A stretch of DNA of 64,000 nucleotides from positions 4,154,001 to 4,218,000 of the forward strand of contig NC_090404.1 in assembly GCF_036365525.1 (NCBI RefSeq), read 5' to 3'. The position numbers were made by a program, and so were the translations under genes. Under the pieces are notes generated by a model. It searched no databases. It had not been told where the DNA came from and was given only the letters and a program-made list of their open reading frames with translations. This document shows, piece by piece, positions 46,278 through 59,716 of the stretch (the first letter of the stretch is position 1; each line of letters starts with the position of its first letter). The stretch comes from Heterodontus francisci (lineage: Eukaryota).

Positions 46278-46965
46278 TGATTCAGTGAGTTCAGTCTGCG
46301 AGAGAGGACAGCGGTTCATTAAGTTCAGTCTGAGCAAGAGGAGAGAGGTTCAATGAGTTCAGTCTGAGAGAGGAGAGAGGTTCAGTGAGTTCATTCTGAG
46401 AGAGAGGCGAGTGATTCCGTGCGTTCAGTCTGAGAGGAGAGAAATTCAATGAGTTCAGTCTGAGAGAGAGGAGAGAGGTTCAGTGAGTTCAGTCTGAGAG
46501 AGAGGAGATTGATTCAGTGAGATCAGTCTGACAGAAAAGAGAGAAATTCAATGAGTTCCGTCTGAGAGACAAAAGAGAGATTCAGTGAGTTCAGTCTGAG
46601 CGAAAGGAGAGAGATTCAGTAAGTTCAGTCTGAGAGAGGAGAGAGAGGTTCAGTGAGTTCAGTCTGAGAGAGAGGAGAGAGATTCAGTGAGTTCAGTCTG
46701 AGAGAGAGGAGAGAGGTTCAGTGAGTTCAGTCTGAGAGAGAGGGGATAGGTCCAGTGAGTTCAGTCTGAGCGAGAGAAGAGTGATTCAGTGAGTTCAGTC
46801 TGAAAGAGAGGAGAGAGGTTCAGTGAGTTCAGTCTGAGAGAGAGAAGAGAGATTCAGTGAGTTCAGTCTGAGAGAGAGGAGAGAGATTCGGTGAGTTCAG
46901 TCTGAGAGAGGAGAGAGCTTCAGTGACTTCATTGCATCTGAGAGAGAGGTTCAATGAGTTCAGTG
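46278..46965 (+). repeat. 34-bp purine-rich minisatellite (ttcagtgagttcagtctgagagagaggagagagg), about 20 units
   Basis: gttcagtc recurs at 46623, 46657, 46691, 46725. Confidence 0.95.
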
Positions 46966-47202
46966 ACAGACGTGTTCGCCTGGGCAATGGAAGGGTCTGT
47001 GTGAGATCACTTTCTCAACAAGACCACACAACAGATTGTGTTGTGAATAGGTGTTATCGTTAATGAATGATACGGAATGCTATTACATTTTGAATAAATT
47101 GAAATTGAATAAAATGTTGTACAACGCTTCATGCACATAATCACTTATGTTAGTGCAATGCATTGCATGCATTAAGAAGTATGTGTTCTGGGCACACCGT
47201 AT

Positions 47203-47210
47203 CCACACAC

Positions 47211-47247
<37 letters not shown>

Positions 47248-47325
47248 GCCTCACACACGGTCACCCACAAACCACACACCCACACCCACAGAGCATACCA
47301 CACACATGCACATACGCACACACAG
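47203..47325. repeat. (CA)n microsatellite, degenerate at the 3' side
   Basis: Direct inspection. Confidence 0.9.
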
Positions 47326-47387
47326 AAACATTTTGTTTTAGCTGGTTTCAGTTGCACCACTTAACTCGTTGATGAAAATCTAATCGG

Positions 47388-50300
47388 GTGGACATTAGGA
47401 CCCTACGGCAGCCCATCTTGTGGTGCTGGGAGGACACGGTTCCAGACTCTGTCCAACACAATCTGTGGGTCAGGCGAAAGTTAAACAGAAATTCCTGCAG
47501 AAAAAAAAAATCCTTAACATTAAAAAAAAACTATCAGCAATGGAGACAGTACAACACAAATATCATAGAGTTATGCAGGACATAAACAGGTCCTTCGGCC
47601 CATTGTGTCTTTCCCATTCATCAAGCACCTAACTATTCTAATCCCATTTTCCAGCCATTGGCTCAGAGCCTTGTATACTATGGCGTTTCAGGTGCTCATC
47701 TATATACTTCTTGCTGTGAGGGTCCCTGCCTCTACCACCTCTTCAAGCAGTGCATTCTAGATTCCAACCACTCTCTGGGTGAAAATGTTTTCCTCAAATC
47801 CAGTCTAAACCTCCTGCACCTTACCTTAAATCTATGCCCCCTGGTTATTGACCGCTCGGCTAAGGGAAAATGTTTCTTCCTATCTAACCTATCAATGCTC
47901 CTCATAATTTTGTATCCCTCAATCATATCTCCCCTCACCCTTTTCTGCTCTAAGGAAAACAACCGTAGCCTTTTCAGTCTCTCTGCATAGCTGAAATGCT
48001 CCAGCCCAAGCAGCATCCTGGTGAATCTTCTCAGCACCCTCTCCAGTGCAATCACATCCTTCCTATAGTGTGGTGCCCAGAACTGTGCCCAGTACTCTAG
48101 CTGTGGCCTAACTGGCATTTTATACAGCTGCATCATAACCTCCCTGCTCTGAAATTCTATGCCTCGGCTCATGAAGGCAAGTATCCCATATGCTTTCCTA
48201 ACCACCTTATCTACCTGTGCTGCTGCCTTCAGTGATCTATGGACAAGTACACCAAGGTCACTCTGACCCTCTGTATTTCCTAGGGTCCTACCATCCATTG
48301 CATATTGCGCTGCCTTGTTAGTCCTCCCAAAATGCATCACATCACACTTCTCAGGATTAAATTCCATTTGCCAAAGCTCCACCCATCTTACCAGCCCATC
48401 AACATCGGCCTGTAATCTGAGGCTTTCTCCTCACTATTTACGACACCACCAATTTTCGTGTCATCTGCGAACCTACTTCCATACCTCCTATGTTCACGTC
48501 TAAATCATTAATGTGCACTAAAAACAGCAAGGGTCGCAGCAACGATCCCTGTGGTACACCACTGGTCACAGGCTTCCACTCACAAAAACAACCCTCGACC
48601 ATCACCCTCTGCCTCCTGCCACTGAGCCCATTTTGGATCCAATTTGCCAAATTGCCTTGGATTCCATGGGCTCTTAGCTTCTTGACCAATCTCCCATGTG
48701 GGACCTTATCAAAAGCCTTACTGAAGTCCATAAATACTACATCAACTGCTTTACTCTCATCTACAAAATGTCATCACCGCCTCAAAAAATTCAATCAAGC
48801 TAGTCAGACATTATCTCCCACTGACAAAGCAATGCTCACTATCCCTGATTAATCCCTGCCTCTCCAATTGGAGATTACGCCTGTCCCTCAAAGATTTTTC
48901 CAATAGTTTCCCAACCAATGATATTAGACTCACTGTCCTGTAATTACTTGGTTTATCCCTGCTACCCTTCTTAAATAATGGTATCACATTCGCTGTCCCC
49001 CAATCCTCTGGTACCTCTCCTGTGGCCAGAGAGGATTTGAAACTTTGATTCAGAGCTCCAGCTACCCCCTCCCTTGCCTCACATAACAGCCTGTGTTACA
49101 TCTCATCTGGGCCTGGGGATTTATACAGTTTTAAGGCCGATACAACTGCTAATTCTTCTTCCCTTTCAATGCTAATATGTTCAAGTATATCACAATCCCC
49201 CTCCCTGATCTCTACACCTACATCGTCCTTCTCCATAGTGAACACAGATGAAAAGTAATCATTTAAAACCTCACCTATGTTCTCCGGCTCCACACACAGA
49301 ATGCCACTTTGGTCCCTAATTGGTCCTACTCTTTCCCTGGTTATCCTCTTGCCTTTAATATACTTGCAAAACGCCTTAGGATTTTCCTTTATCTTGCCTG
49401 CCAGTGTTTTTTCATGTCCCCTCTTCGCTCTCCTAATTACTTATTTAAGTACCCCCCTACAATTTCTATACTCCTCTAGTACCTCCACTGTTTTCAGCAC
49501 ACTGAATATGCCATAAGTTTCCATTTTTTTACTGATCCAATCCTCTATATCCCTTAACATGTAGGGTTCCCTGAACTTGTTGGTTCTACCCTTCACCTTA
49601 CTGGTTACATGTTGGCTCTGAACTCTCACTATTTCTTCTTTGAATGACTCCCACTGATCTGATGTCGACTTTCCTACAAGTTGCTGCTCTCAGTCCACTT
49701 TGGCCAGATCATGTTTTATCATCCGAAAATCGGCCTTCTCCCAATTCAGTACCTTTATTTTCCGTCCATCTTTGTCTTTTTCCATAACTACCTTAAATCT
49801 TGCAGAGTTATGGACACTATCCCCGAAATGTTCCCCCACTGACACTTCTGCCACTTGTCCAGCTTCATTCCCTAGGATTAGGTCCAGTACTGCCCCTTCT
49901 CTTGTTTGGACTATCTGCGTTCTGGCTGAAAAAGCTCTCCTGCATGAATTTTAAGACTTCTGCCCCCTTTAAGCTATTTGCACTGAGACTATCCCAGTTG
50001 ATATTGGGGAAGTTGAAATTCGCTGCTATTATTACCCTATTATTTTTACATCTCTCTGAGATTTGCCTACATATCTGCTCCTCTATCTCTCCCTGACTAT
50101 TTGGAGGCCTGTCGTACACTCCGAGCCAAGTGATTGCCTCCTTTGTGTTTTTAAGTTCTACCCATTTGTGGAACCTTCTAAGATATCATCCCTCCTTATT
50201 GCAATAATTGACTCCTTTGATCAACAGTGCAAGGCCAACTCCTCTTTTACACCCTCCCCTATCATGCCTGAAGATCCTATTCCCTGGGATACTGAGCTGC

Positions 50301-51210
50301 CAGCACTGCCCTTCCCTCAACAATGACCCTGTGACAGTAATAATACCATATTCCCATGTGTTAATCAACACCCTCAATTCATCTGCCTTACTTGTAAGAT
50401 TCCTTGCATTAAAATAGATGCAATCCAGCCTTGCATTTTGCACTTGTGCCTTAACAGGTCTATATTTGCTCTGCCTTCCAGATTGACTCAGTTTATATCT
50501 ATGACTATGCATCACCCTCTACTATACCTACACTCAGTATCCCATCCCCCTGCCAAGTTGGTTTAAACCCCCCCCCCCCCCCCCACCACCCCAACACCCC
50601 CCAACAGCACTAGCAAACCTCCCAGCAAGGATGTTGGCCCGTTCCGGTTCAGGTGCAACCCGTCCAACTTGTTCAGGTCCCAAATTTGCTGGAAACAGAC
50701 CCAGTGCTCCAGGAAATTAAAGCCTTCCCTCCTGCACCACCTCCTCAGCCACGCATTCATCTGCTCTGTCCTTCTAATCCTATACTCACGAGCACGTGGC
50801 ACCGAGAGTAATCCAGGGATTACAACCTTTGAGATCCTGCTTGTTAATCTGCTTCCTAGCTCACTAAATTCTTGTTACAGGACCTCATCCCTCTTTTCAC
50901 CTATGTCGTTGGTACCAAAGTGTACTACGACCTCTGACTGTTCCCCTCCCCTTTCAGAATATGAATTAGTAAACTTTGACACAACAGAGTGTGTCACTAA
51001 GTAATGTAAAGCGCAGTGCACTATTGCTCACCTTTAGTCCTGTCCCTCAATCCCAGTTCATCTCTGGGAGACTGTTGGAGGATTCAACCCATCCTTTCAA
51101 CACCAATATTACCCACATAATAAAGAGCAATTAGAAATTGAACACAGCTGCTGATAATGATTCACAAAACTAAACGTATTTTTCCAACGAAAAATGATTA
51201 AATCCTCACA
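47388..51210 (+). repeat. Unidentified ~430-bp unit, copy D (47388-47563 + 50958-51210), split by CR1
   Basis: The halves rejoin at cagtacaacacaaatat/gaattagtaaacttt. Confidence 0.8.
47564..50957 (-). mobile_element. CR1 LINE (ORF1 end, endonuclease, RT, 3' tail), disrupted
   Basis: LDGLHLN, YFNARNL, DFSKAFDKVPH, RPQLEYW; aatat TSD or microhomology. Confidence 0.93.
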
Positions 51211-51355
51211 CACAAATGTTTATCTTTATATGTATTAATATATATGACTGTCACTGTCGTCCCATCTAGCTATATGTCTGTCTATCTCCCAATCTATCTG
51301 TCTGTCTGTCTCGCTTTATGGCTAGCTAGCTATCAAGCTATTTCTGTGGCTATAT

Positions 51356-51356
51356 G

Positions 51357-51413
<57 letters not shown>
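51356..51413. repeat. (TCTA)n microsatellite
   Basis: Direct inspection. Confidence 0.95.
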
Positions 51414-51414
<1 letters not shown>

Positions 51415-54060
51415 AGAATATAAGAAATAGGAGCAGGAGTCGGTCATTCAGCCCCTCGAGCTAGCTTTGCTGTTCAATCAGATTATGGGCTGATCTGCTC
51501 ATGACCTTAACTCCACTTTCCTGCCTGTCCACCATAACCCTTGACTCTCTTATAGATCAAAAATTTGTATAACTCACCTTTGAATATATACAACGACCCA
51601 GCTTCCACTGCCCTCTGGGGAAGAGAATTCCAACCACTAACGACCCTCTGAGAGAATAAATTCCTCTTCCTCCGTCTTAAATGCGAGACCCCTTATTTAG
51701 AGACTGTGCCCCCGAGTTCTAGATTCCCCCACGAGGGGAAACATCCCCTCCGCAGCTACCCTTTCAAACCCACTCAGAATCTTATATGTTTCAATAAGGT
51801 CATCTCTTATTCTTCTGAACTCCAATGAGTATAGGCCCAACCTACTAAACCATTTCTCATACGACAGCCCTTCATCCCAGTCACTGGACTGGTAATCCAG
51901 ATGCCCAGGCTAGTGCTCTGGGGACATGGGTTAGAATCCCACCACGGCAGATGGTGAAATTTGAATTCAATTAATAAACCTGGAATTGTAAAAACTAGTC
52001 TAATGTTGACCATGAAACCATGTCGATTGTTATAAAAACCCATCTGGTTCACTCATGTCCTTTCGAGAAGGAAATCTGCCGTCCTTGCCTTGTTTGGCCT
52101 ACATGTGACTGCAGACCCAGAGCAATGTGGTTGACTCTTAAAATGCCCTCTGAAATGGCCTCGCAAGCCATTCAGTTCAAGGCCAAATAAAGATGGGCAA
52201 TAAATGTTCCCCTAGCCAGCGATGCCCATATCCCATGAACAAATAAAAGAAAGGGAATCGGCCTAGTGAAACTTCTCTGAACTGCTTCCAATGCAAGTAC
52301 ATCCCTCCTTATGTAAGAAGACCAAAACTGTACCAATGCCCTGTACAGTTGTAGCTAAAGTTCCCTACTTTTATACACCACCTTCCTTGCAATAAACACC
52401 AACATTCCATTTGCCTTCCTTATTACTTGCTGTACCTGCATGCTAACTTTTTGTGATGCATGTACAAGGATACCCAGATCCCTCTGTACCACAGCATTCT
52501 GCAGTCTCTCTCCCTGTAAATATTATTCTGCTTTTCTAAACTCCTGCATTATACTCCATCTGCCAAATTCTTGCCCAGTCTCTTAATCTATCTATATATC
52601 TCTTTGCTGACAGTTGTGTCTTCCTTACAACTTGCTTTCCGAACAATTGTCCACAAATTTGGCTACATACACTCGGTCCTTTCATCCAAGTCATAAATAT
52701 AGATTGTAAATAGTTGAGGCCCAAGCACTGATCCCTGTGGCAGTCCACTAGTTATGGTTTGCCAACCTGAAAATGTGACATTTACCCTGTCTCTCTGTTT
52801 CCTGTTAATTATCCAATCCTCTATGTATGCGAACATATTACCCCCAACACCATGAGCTCTTATCTTGTGTAATAAACTTTTTTGTGGCAGCTTATCGAAC
52901 GCCTTTTGGAAATCCAAAAGCACAACAACTGTTGGTTCCATATTATGCACCCTGCTTGTTACATCGTCAAAGCACTGTAATAAATTTGCCAAATACAATT
53001 TCCTTTTCATAAACCATGTTGACTCTAACTGGTTGCATGATAGAGTCATAGAGTCATAACGGTACAGGAGGAGGCCATTCAGCCCACCGAGTCCATGCTG
53101 GCTCTCTGTAGAGCAATCCAATCAACCCTGTTCACCAGTTCTATCTCCGTAGCCCGGAAAATGTATTTCTCTCAAGTGCTCATCCAATTTCCTATTGAAA
53201 TCATTCATCATCTCTGCTTCCACACTCTCGTGGGCAACAAGTTCCAGGTCATTACCACAAGATGTATAAAGCAGTTCTTCCTCATATAACCACTGCATCT
53301 GTAGCCAAAAACCTTAAAATTGTCTCCTCTAATCCTTGCACCATCAGCGAATGGGAACAGATTTGCTTTATCTGCTCTATCCAAACCTGTCATAATCTTG
53401 CATACCTATATCAAATCTCTCCTCAGTCGCCTTTGCTCCAAGAAGAACAACACCAGATTCTCCAACCTAACCTTGCAGCTAACATTCCTCATCTCTGGGG
53501 CCATTCTTATAAATCTCCTCTGCACCCTCACATCCTTCCAAAGTGTGGTGACCAGTACTAGATGCAATACTTTAGTTGTGGCCTAACCCGAGCTTTACAG
53601 AGGCTCAGCATAACTTCCCTGCCTTTGAGCTCAATACTTCTATTTTTGAAGCCCAAGATCGCATATGCTTTGTTAACTCCTCTCTTACTATGTCCTGCTA
53701 CCTTTAAAGACCTATACACATGAACCTCTAGTTCCCTCTGCCCCTGGACACTCTTTGGAACTGTAACATTTGGTCTATACTGCCTCGGCTTCCCCCTTTT
53801 GTCAAAATGCATCGCCTCACATATCTCTGTAATAACTTCCATCTGCCACTTGCCTGTCCGTTATACTTGCCTATCTATGTACTTTTGCAGTTGATTTGTA
53901 TCATCCTCATTGTCTGCCAAATGATTTTCTAAATGACCTGTTTCTATTTCCTTAATCATGAATTCTAGCATTTTTCCAATGACACATGTTCGGCTAACCT
54001 GGCTATAGTTCCTTGCTTTCTGTCACCTTCTTTCTTGAATCGAGGTGTTACATTTGCGTT
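51415..54060 (-). mobile_element. CR1 LINE carrying a nested SINE (~51882-52250, +) and a nested CR1 3' end (~53037-53915, -)
   Basis: [18 protein letters not shown]; internal (catagagt)n tail at 53037; the host resumes at ~53920. Confidence 0.8.
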
Positions 54061-54065
54061 TGTCC

Positions 54066-54066
54066 C

Positions 54067-54140
<74 letters not shown>
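54066..54140. repeat. (TCTA)n microsatellite
   Basis: Direct inspection. Confidence 0.95.
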
Positions 54141-54179
54141 CATCAATCTAGCTGTCTATCTATCTATCTTTGTAAGAGA

Positions 54180-54600
54180 TGTTTTACAGTGCAGCAATAA
54201 ATAAGATAGGACCTGGTGTAATATAAAAAGAGACAGGAGAGAATGCAGTCTTGACTGAGACAGGGCTGTGGGTAATATAATTTGAGACTGGGCCTTGTGC
54301 AGTAATAACTGAGACATTGCCGAGTGTAAAATAACCAGATACATGGTCTAGCCGAGTCATGATCTGGGCATGTTCTAGTGTAATCTAAGCAAGGACTGGG
54401 GGAGGCCTAGTGGAATATAAACAAAAACAAGGTCATTTAAATAAAAAGTATGTGAGGGCCTTGTGTAATGTAACCAGAGACATGTTCTCGAGTAATAGAG
54501 ACATCAACAGTCAATTTTATTGTAAACAGAAAAAACAGTTAATATAGCAAGAACTGAGAGAGGGCCAAGTGAAGCTAATAAAGCTGCATGACCTCAAATA
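54180..54600 (-). repeat. Degenerate 27-bp array, reverse orientation
   Basis: gtgcagtaataactgagaca and tgtaatataaa..gagacagg units. Confidence 0.7.
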
Positions 54601-55369
54601 AAATAAACTAAGAGAGATTTTTACTTCAATATCCTTCCTAATAGCATTGTGAGTGTACCTACTCCACAGGGACTGCAGCTGTTCAAGAAAGCAGCTCACT
54701 ATCACCTTCTCAAAGGATATTTTGGATCGGCAATTAATGTTGGCCTGGCCAGCGACACCCACAACCCATTAAACGAATAAATAAAATAGACTTTCACTGC
54801 CATCCGCTGGCCCGACATTGCCATTGCTCCTACTGTGAAAATGTCAATGTCGCTTGCTGTTTCTGTAGTAATGTGTCAAGAAACAACTCAACTAATTCCA
54901 GATGAACGTGGCCGATTTGTGCCTCGATACATCAGGAACAGTGCAAAGCGGTTGAATTCCAGTTTATGTATTTTTGTTGATCTTGGTTCAAGGGAGGAAT
55001 GTTGACCAGGACACAGTGTGGAACTATGGGACTTTTAATGTCCACCTCAACAAAAAAGGGGTGGGGGAGAGATTATTGTTTCAAAATGTCCCTGGAATGA
55101 TATTGCCCTTTCATTAATGGACCCATTGGAAGCCTGGTTAATATACTCAGTTTCTGAAGCTGACATGGAATCCACAAATTACTGATTCTGAAATCAGAGT
55201 CAAGTTGTGTTACCCAAGTTGCTGCTGAAATGTTTCCTGTGTCCAGGTGACATTTTATATCAACATTGGTTAATACCATTGCTGTTACGCTTCCGTATAC
55301 TGATATCACAAATAGCAACTTCTGGATTACAATTACAAAACGTTTGATTGATACAATTGAAATTCATTG

Positions 55370-55685
55370 AATCATGGAATCTGACAGCACAGAAGGAGGC
55401 CATTCGGCCCATCGTGGCGGCTGCTTGAAAGAGCTATCCAATCAATTCCATTCTCCTGGTCTTTCTCCAAAGTCCTGAAAATCTTTCCTTTTCATGTAAT
55501 TATACAATACACTTTTGAAAGTTACAATTGAAAGTGGTTACACCAACCTTGCAGGTATTTCATTCCAGCTCATAACAACTCGCTGAACTTTAAAAATAAA
55601 ACTCCTCATCTTCTCCCTTCTTCACTTACCATTGATTCTAAATCTGTGTCCTCTCGTTATCAACATTCCTGCCAGTGGAAACTTT
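55370..55685 (-). mobile_element. CR1 3' fragment
   Basis: gaaggaggccattcggccc 3' motif. Confidence 0.65.
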
Positions 55686-55965
55686 GTCATGGATATTTTT
55701 CCGTGCGATTTGTGTGGTTTAGAACGGGGAAATGTTCGTTCGAATGAGCGAGTTCAGAGGATTCAGTATTTCACCTTCTTCCTCAACACCTGAGGCCAAG
55801 AAGTTAGATGTTGATGTAATGTAGCTGATATCAGCTTTGCCTGACACGGGAAAGGTCCCTGGTCACTTGGGAAACCTTTCATTCAGTTTGTGACAGGATG
55901 TTGCTGGTTTACTAACAGTAATGTAAACTATTATCATTCGCCTGACAGATGAACTGTTTTGTGAC

Positions 55966-56123
55966 AAAAGCAGAAAGCGCTGCAAATACTCAACAGGTCT
56001 GGCAGCATCTGTGGAGAGAGTAGCAGTGCTAAATTTTCAGGTCTGTGACCTTAACTCAGAACACAGATCAGCACTTTCTATTTTCATTTCACACTTCCAT
56101 CATCGGCAGTTTTTCCTTTTATT
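55966..56123 (-). mobile_element. Penelope-type short repeat, decayed
   Basis: ctcaacaggtctggcagcatctgtggagagag...ttcaggtctgtgacctt..tcagaac. Confidence 0.65.
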
Positions 56124-56133
56124 GAACGCTTGC

Positions 56134-56204
56134 TTCCCTGGTCAGGAAACAAACCCGGCTGTGGCGGCAGGAACTCCCACTTCTAACCACTAGACCATCA
56201 AGCA
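56134..56204 (-). pseudogene. Decayed tRNA-Glu-like relic
   Basis: Minus strand TGGTCTAGTGGTTAG...CCGCC...CCGGGTT.G.TTCC.G..CAGGGAA is colinear with vertebrate tRNA-Glu(CTC); acceptor and anticodon arms are broken. Confidence 0.7.
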
Positions 56205-57002
56205 ACAGGACCTGCGAGCTCCGGAGCCATTGTTGATATAATTGAAGGTATCGGTGTGAATTTCTTAATTTAATTTGTGCTGGATGCAAAACCATTTCAT
56301 AACGCTGCTGCTTCCAGATCTATTTAAATGTGTCTGTATATTTCGTTCACGTTTCGAGTCAGTCTGTCTTCATCCTGAAAGTACTTTCTGCCTGTTTATT
56401 TCCCTCTTACTTTTCATTTACACCTAAATATTATCACGGTCTTGTGTTTTATTTCTCTCTTTGGGAAATATTGTGCTGTTCCTTTAAGACTGTCAAAGAT
56501 GAGTGCAACTTTCAGGCAGTAAGTTCCGGAGGGTCAGTGAGCCAGGGTGCATTCCGATTGCCAAACAGCAGCCACAGAGAAAGAGAGGACACGAGATTCA
56601 ATGTTACAGGTTAGACTTTTAAAATTAGCCGAACAACTGTCAGAAGCGGAGCTCTGAGACAATTTAAACTGAAAAAAACTGTGTTATTTCTCTCTCAAAA
56701 TTCTACAAAGCGTCAAGCCGAATTAATTCTACAAAAAATAAGAAAAGGCTTCTTCTTTCACAACAAGTTATCTGCTGTGTTCATTGCTGGAAAAAAAAGA
56801 AGAGGTTAATGCAACAACTGCCGAACTGCTGAACCTATATATTTGAGGTATCCTTTTTCTCATGGGACCATGGAAGTCTGCAAGTGAACTTTGACTGTAG
56901 TGTATTGGAAGACCAGTCGTAACTTACAGAGACTTGTTTATTTGTTCTATTTCTGAGAGGAAGATACACTTACAAATCAACAATCTTTTAAAACCGAGTT
57001 TC

Positions 57003-59545
57003 TAGAATCATAGAGTGATAGAGCACAGAAGCAGGCTCTTCGGCCCATCCTGTCCACGCCGGCCATCAAGCACCTATCCATTCTAATCCTATTTACCACC
57101 ATATGGCCCATAGCCTTGTATGCTATGGCGTTTCAAGTGCTCATCAAAATACTTCGCAAATGTTGTGAGGGTTCATGCCTCCACCAAAATATCAGGCACT
57201 GTGTTCCAGATTCCAACCGCACTCTGGGTGGTTTGTTTTCCTCAAATCCCCTCTAAGCCTCCTGCCCCTTATCTTTAATCAATGCCCACTGGTTATTGAC
57301 ACCTCTGCTGAGGGAAATCGTTTCTTCCTATCTACCCAAACTATGCCCCTCATAATCTTCTACCCCTCAATCAGGTCCCCCCTCAGACTATCCTGCGCTT
57401 AGGAAAACAACCCTAGCCTATCCACTCTCTCTTCACTGCTCAAATGCTCCAGCCCAGGCAACATCCTGGTGAGCCTCCTCTGCACCCTCTCCAGAGCAAT
57501 CACATCTTTCCGATAGTGTGGCGACGAGAAGTGTACAGAGTACTCCAGCTGTGGCCTAAATAGTGTTTTGTACAACTCCATCATAACTTCCCTGCTCTTA
57601 TATTCTGTGCCTCGCATAATATAGGCAAATATCCCAAATGCCTTCCTAACCACCTTATCTACCTGTGCAGCTGCCTTCAGTCTTCAGTGATACATGGACA
57701 AGTCCGCCAAGGCCCTTGTGACTCTCTCTACTTCCGAGGGACCTACGACACATTGCATATTCTCCTGCCTTGTTAGTCCTCCCAAAATGCATCTCAGGAT
57801 TAAATTATATTTGCCACTGCTCCACACATCTTATCAGCCCATATATATCGTCCTGTAATCTAATGCTATCCTCCTCACTATTTACAACACCACCAATTTT
57901 CGTGTCATCTACAAATTTACTGATCATACCTCCTATATTCACGTCTAAATCATTAATGTACACCACAAACAGCAAGGGTCCCAGCCCCGATTCCTGTGCT
58001 ACACCACTGGTCACAGGCTCCCAATCGCAAAAACAACCCGCAACCACCACCCTCTGCCTCTTGTCACTAAGCCAATCTTGGATCCAATTTGCCAAATTAT
58101 CCTGGATCCCATGGGCTCTTATCTTCTTTCCCAATCTCCCTTGCGGGACCTTATCAAAAGACTTACTGAAGCCCATGTAGACTACATCAACTGCTTTACC
58201 CTCATCGACACACCTAGTGACCTCCTAGAAAAATTCAATCAAATTTGTTAGACACAATCTCCCTCTGACAAATCCATGCTGACTATCCCTTATTAATCAC
58301 TGCCTCTCCAAGTGTAGTTTAATCCTGTACATCAGAACACTTTCCAAACGTTTCCCAACGACTGGTGATGGACTCACTTTCCTGCAAGGACCTAGTTTAT
58401 CCCTACTTCCCTTCTTGAATAATGATACCTCATTCACTGTCCCCCAGTCCTCTGGCACTTCTCTTGTGGCCAGAGAGGTTTTGAAAATTTGTGTCAGAGC
58501 CCCAGTAATCTCCTCGCTTGTCTCACAAATCAGACTGGGTTACATCTCATCTGGGTCTGGGGATTTATCCACTTTAAAGCCCACTAAAACAATTCATACC
58601 TCCTCCCTTTCAATGCTAATTTGTTCAAGTATATCACAATCCCCCTCCCTGATCTTTTCACCTTCATCGTCCTTTTCCAATGTGAACACAGATGGAAAGT
58701 AATCATTTAAAACCTCACCTACATCTTCCAGCTCCACACACAGATTGCTGCTTCGGTCCTTAATGGGCACTACTCGTTCCCTGATTATTCTCTTGCCATA
58801 AATATACTTATAAAATGCTTTGGGATATTCCTTTATCTTGCCCACCCGTGTGTTTTTCATGCCGCCTCTTCCCTCTCCAATTTTTTTTTAACTGCACCCC
58901 GACACTTCCTCTCCTCCTCGAGGGCCTCCACAGCTTTCAGCTCTCTGAATATGCCGTTGGGCTCCTTTTGTTTTCCTTATTCAATCCTCTATATCACTTG
59001 ACATCTTGGGATCCCTAGACTTATTGGTCCTACCCTTTACCTTTACTAGAATATGTTGGCTCTGAACTCTCACTATTTCCTTTTTGAATGACTCTGATAT
59101 ATACTTTTCTGAAAGTAGCTGATCCCAGTCCAATTTGACCAGGTCCTGTTTTATAATATTTGAAAGTGGCCTTCCCCCAATTCAGTACCATTATTTCCGG
59201 TCCATCTTTGTCCTTTTCCATAACTACCTTAACTCTTACAGAGTCCTATCCCCGACATGCTTCCCCACTGACGCTTCTACCAATTTGGCGGCTTCATTTT
59301 CAAAGCGCAGATCCTGTATGGCCCCTTCTCTTGTAGGACGTTCTACGTGCTGGCTAACAAAGATCTCACAGATGCACTTTAAGAATTACGCCCCCTTTAA
59401 ACCTTTTTCACTGAGACTATCTCAGCTAATATTGTGGAAGTTGAAATACCCTACAATTATTACCCTATTATTTTTACACCTCTCTGAGATTTGCTGACAT
59501 ATCTGCTCCGTTACCTCTCCGTGGCTGTTTGGAGGCCTGGAGTGC
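57003..59545 (-). mobile_element. CR1 LINE, disrupted
   Basis: KAFYKYI, FSKSFDKVPQ, KFVDDTK, RPQLEYS. Confidence 0.9.
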
Positions 59546-59716
59546 ACTTGGGGGTACTCATTCAAGGAATGCACAAAATTAATATGCAAGTGCAGCAGGC
59601 GATTAGGAAGGCAAATGGAATGTTGGCCTTTATTACAAGGGGGTGGAAATACAGGAAGAAAGAAGTCTTACTGAAACACTGTCTGCATTTTTGGTCTCCA
59701 CATTTAAGAAAGGAAT

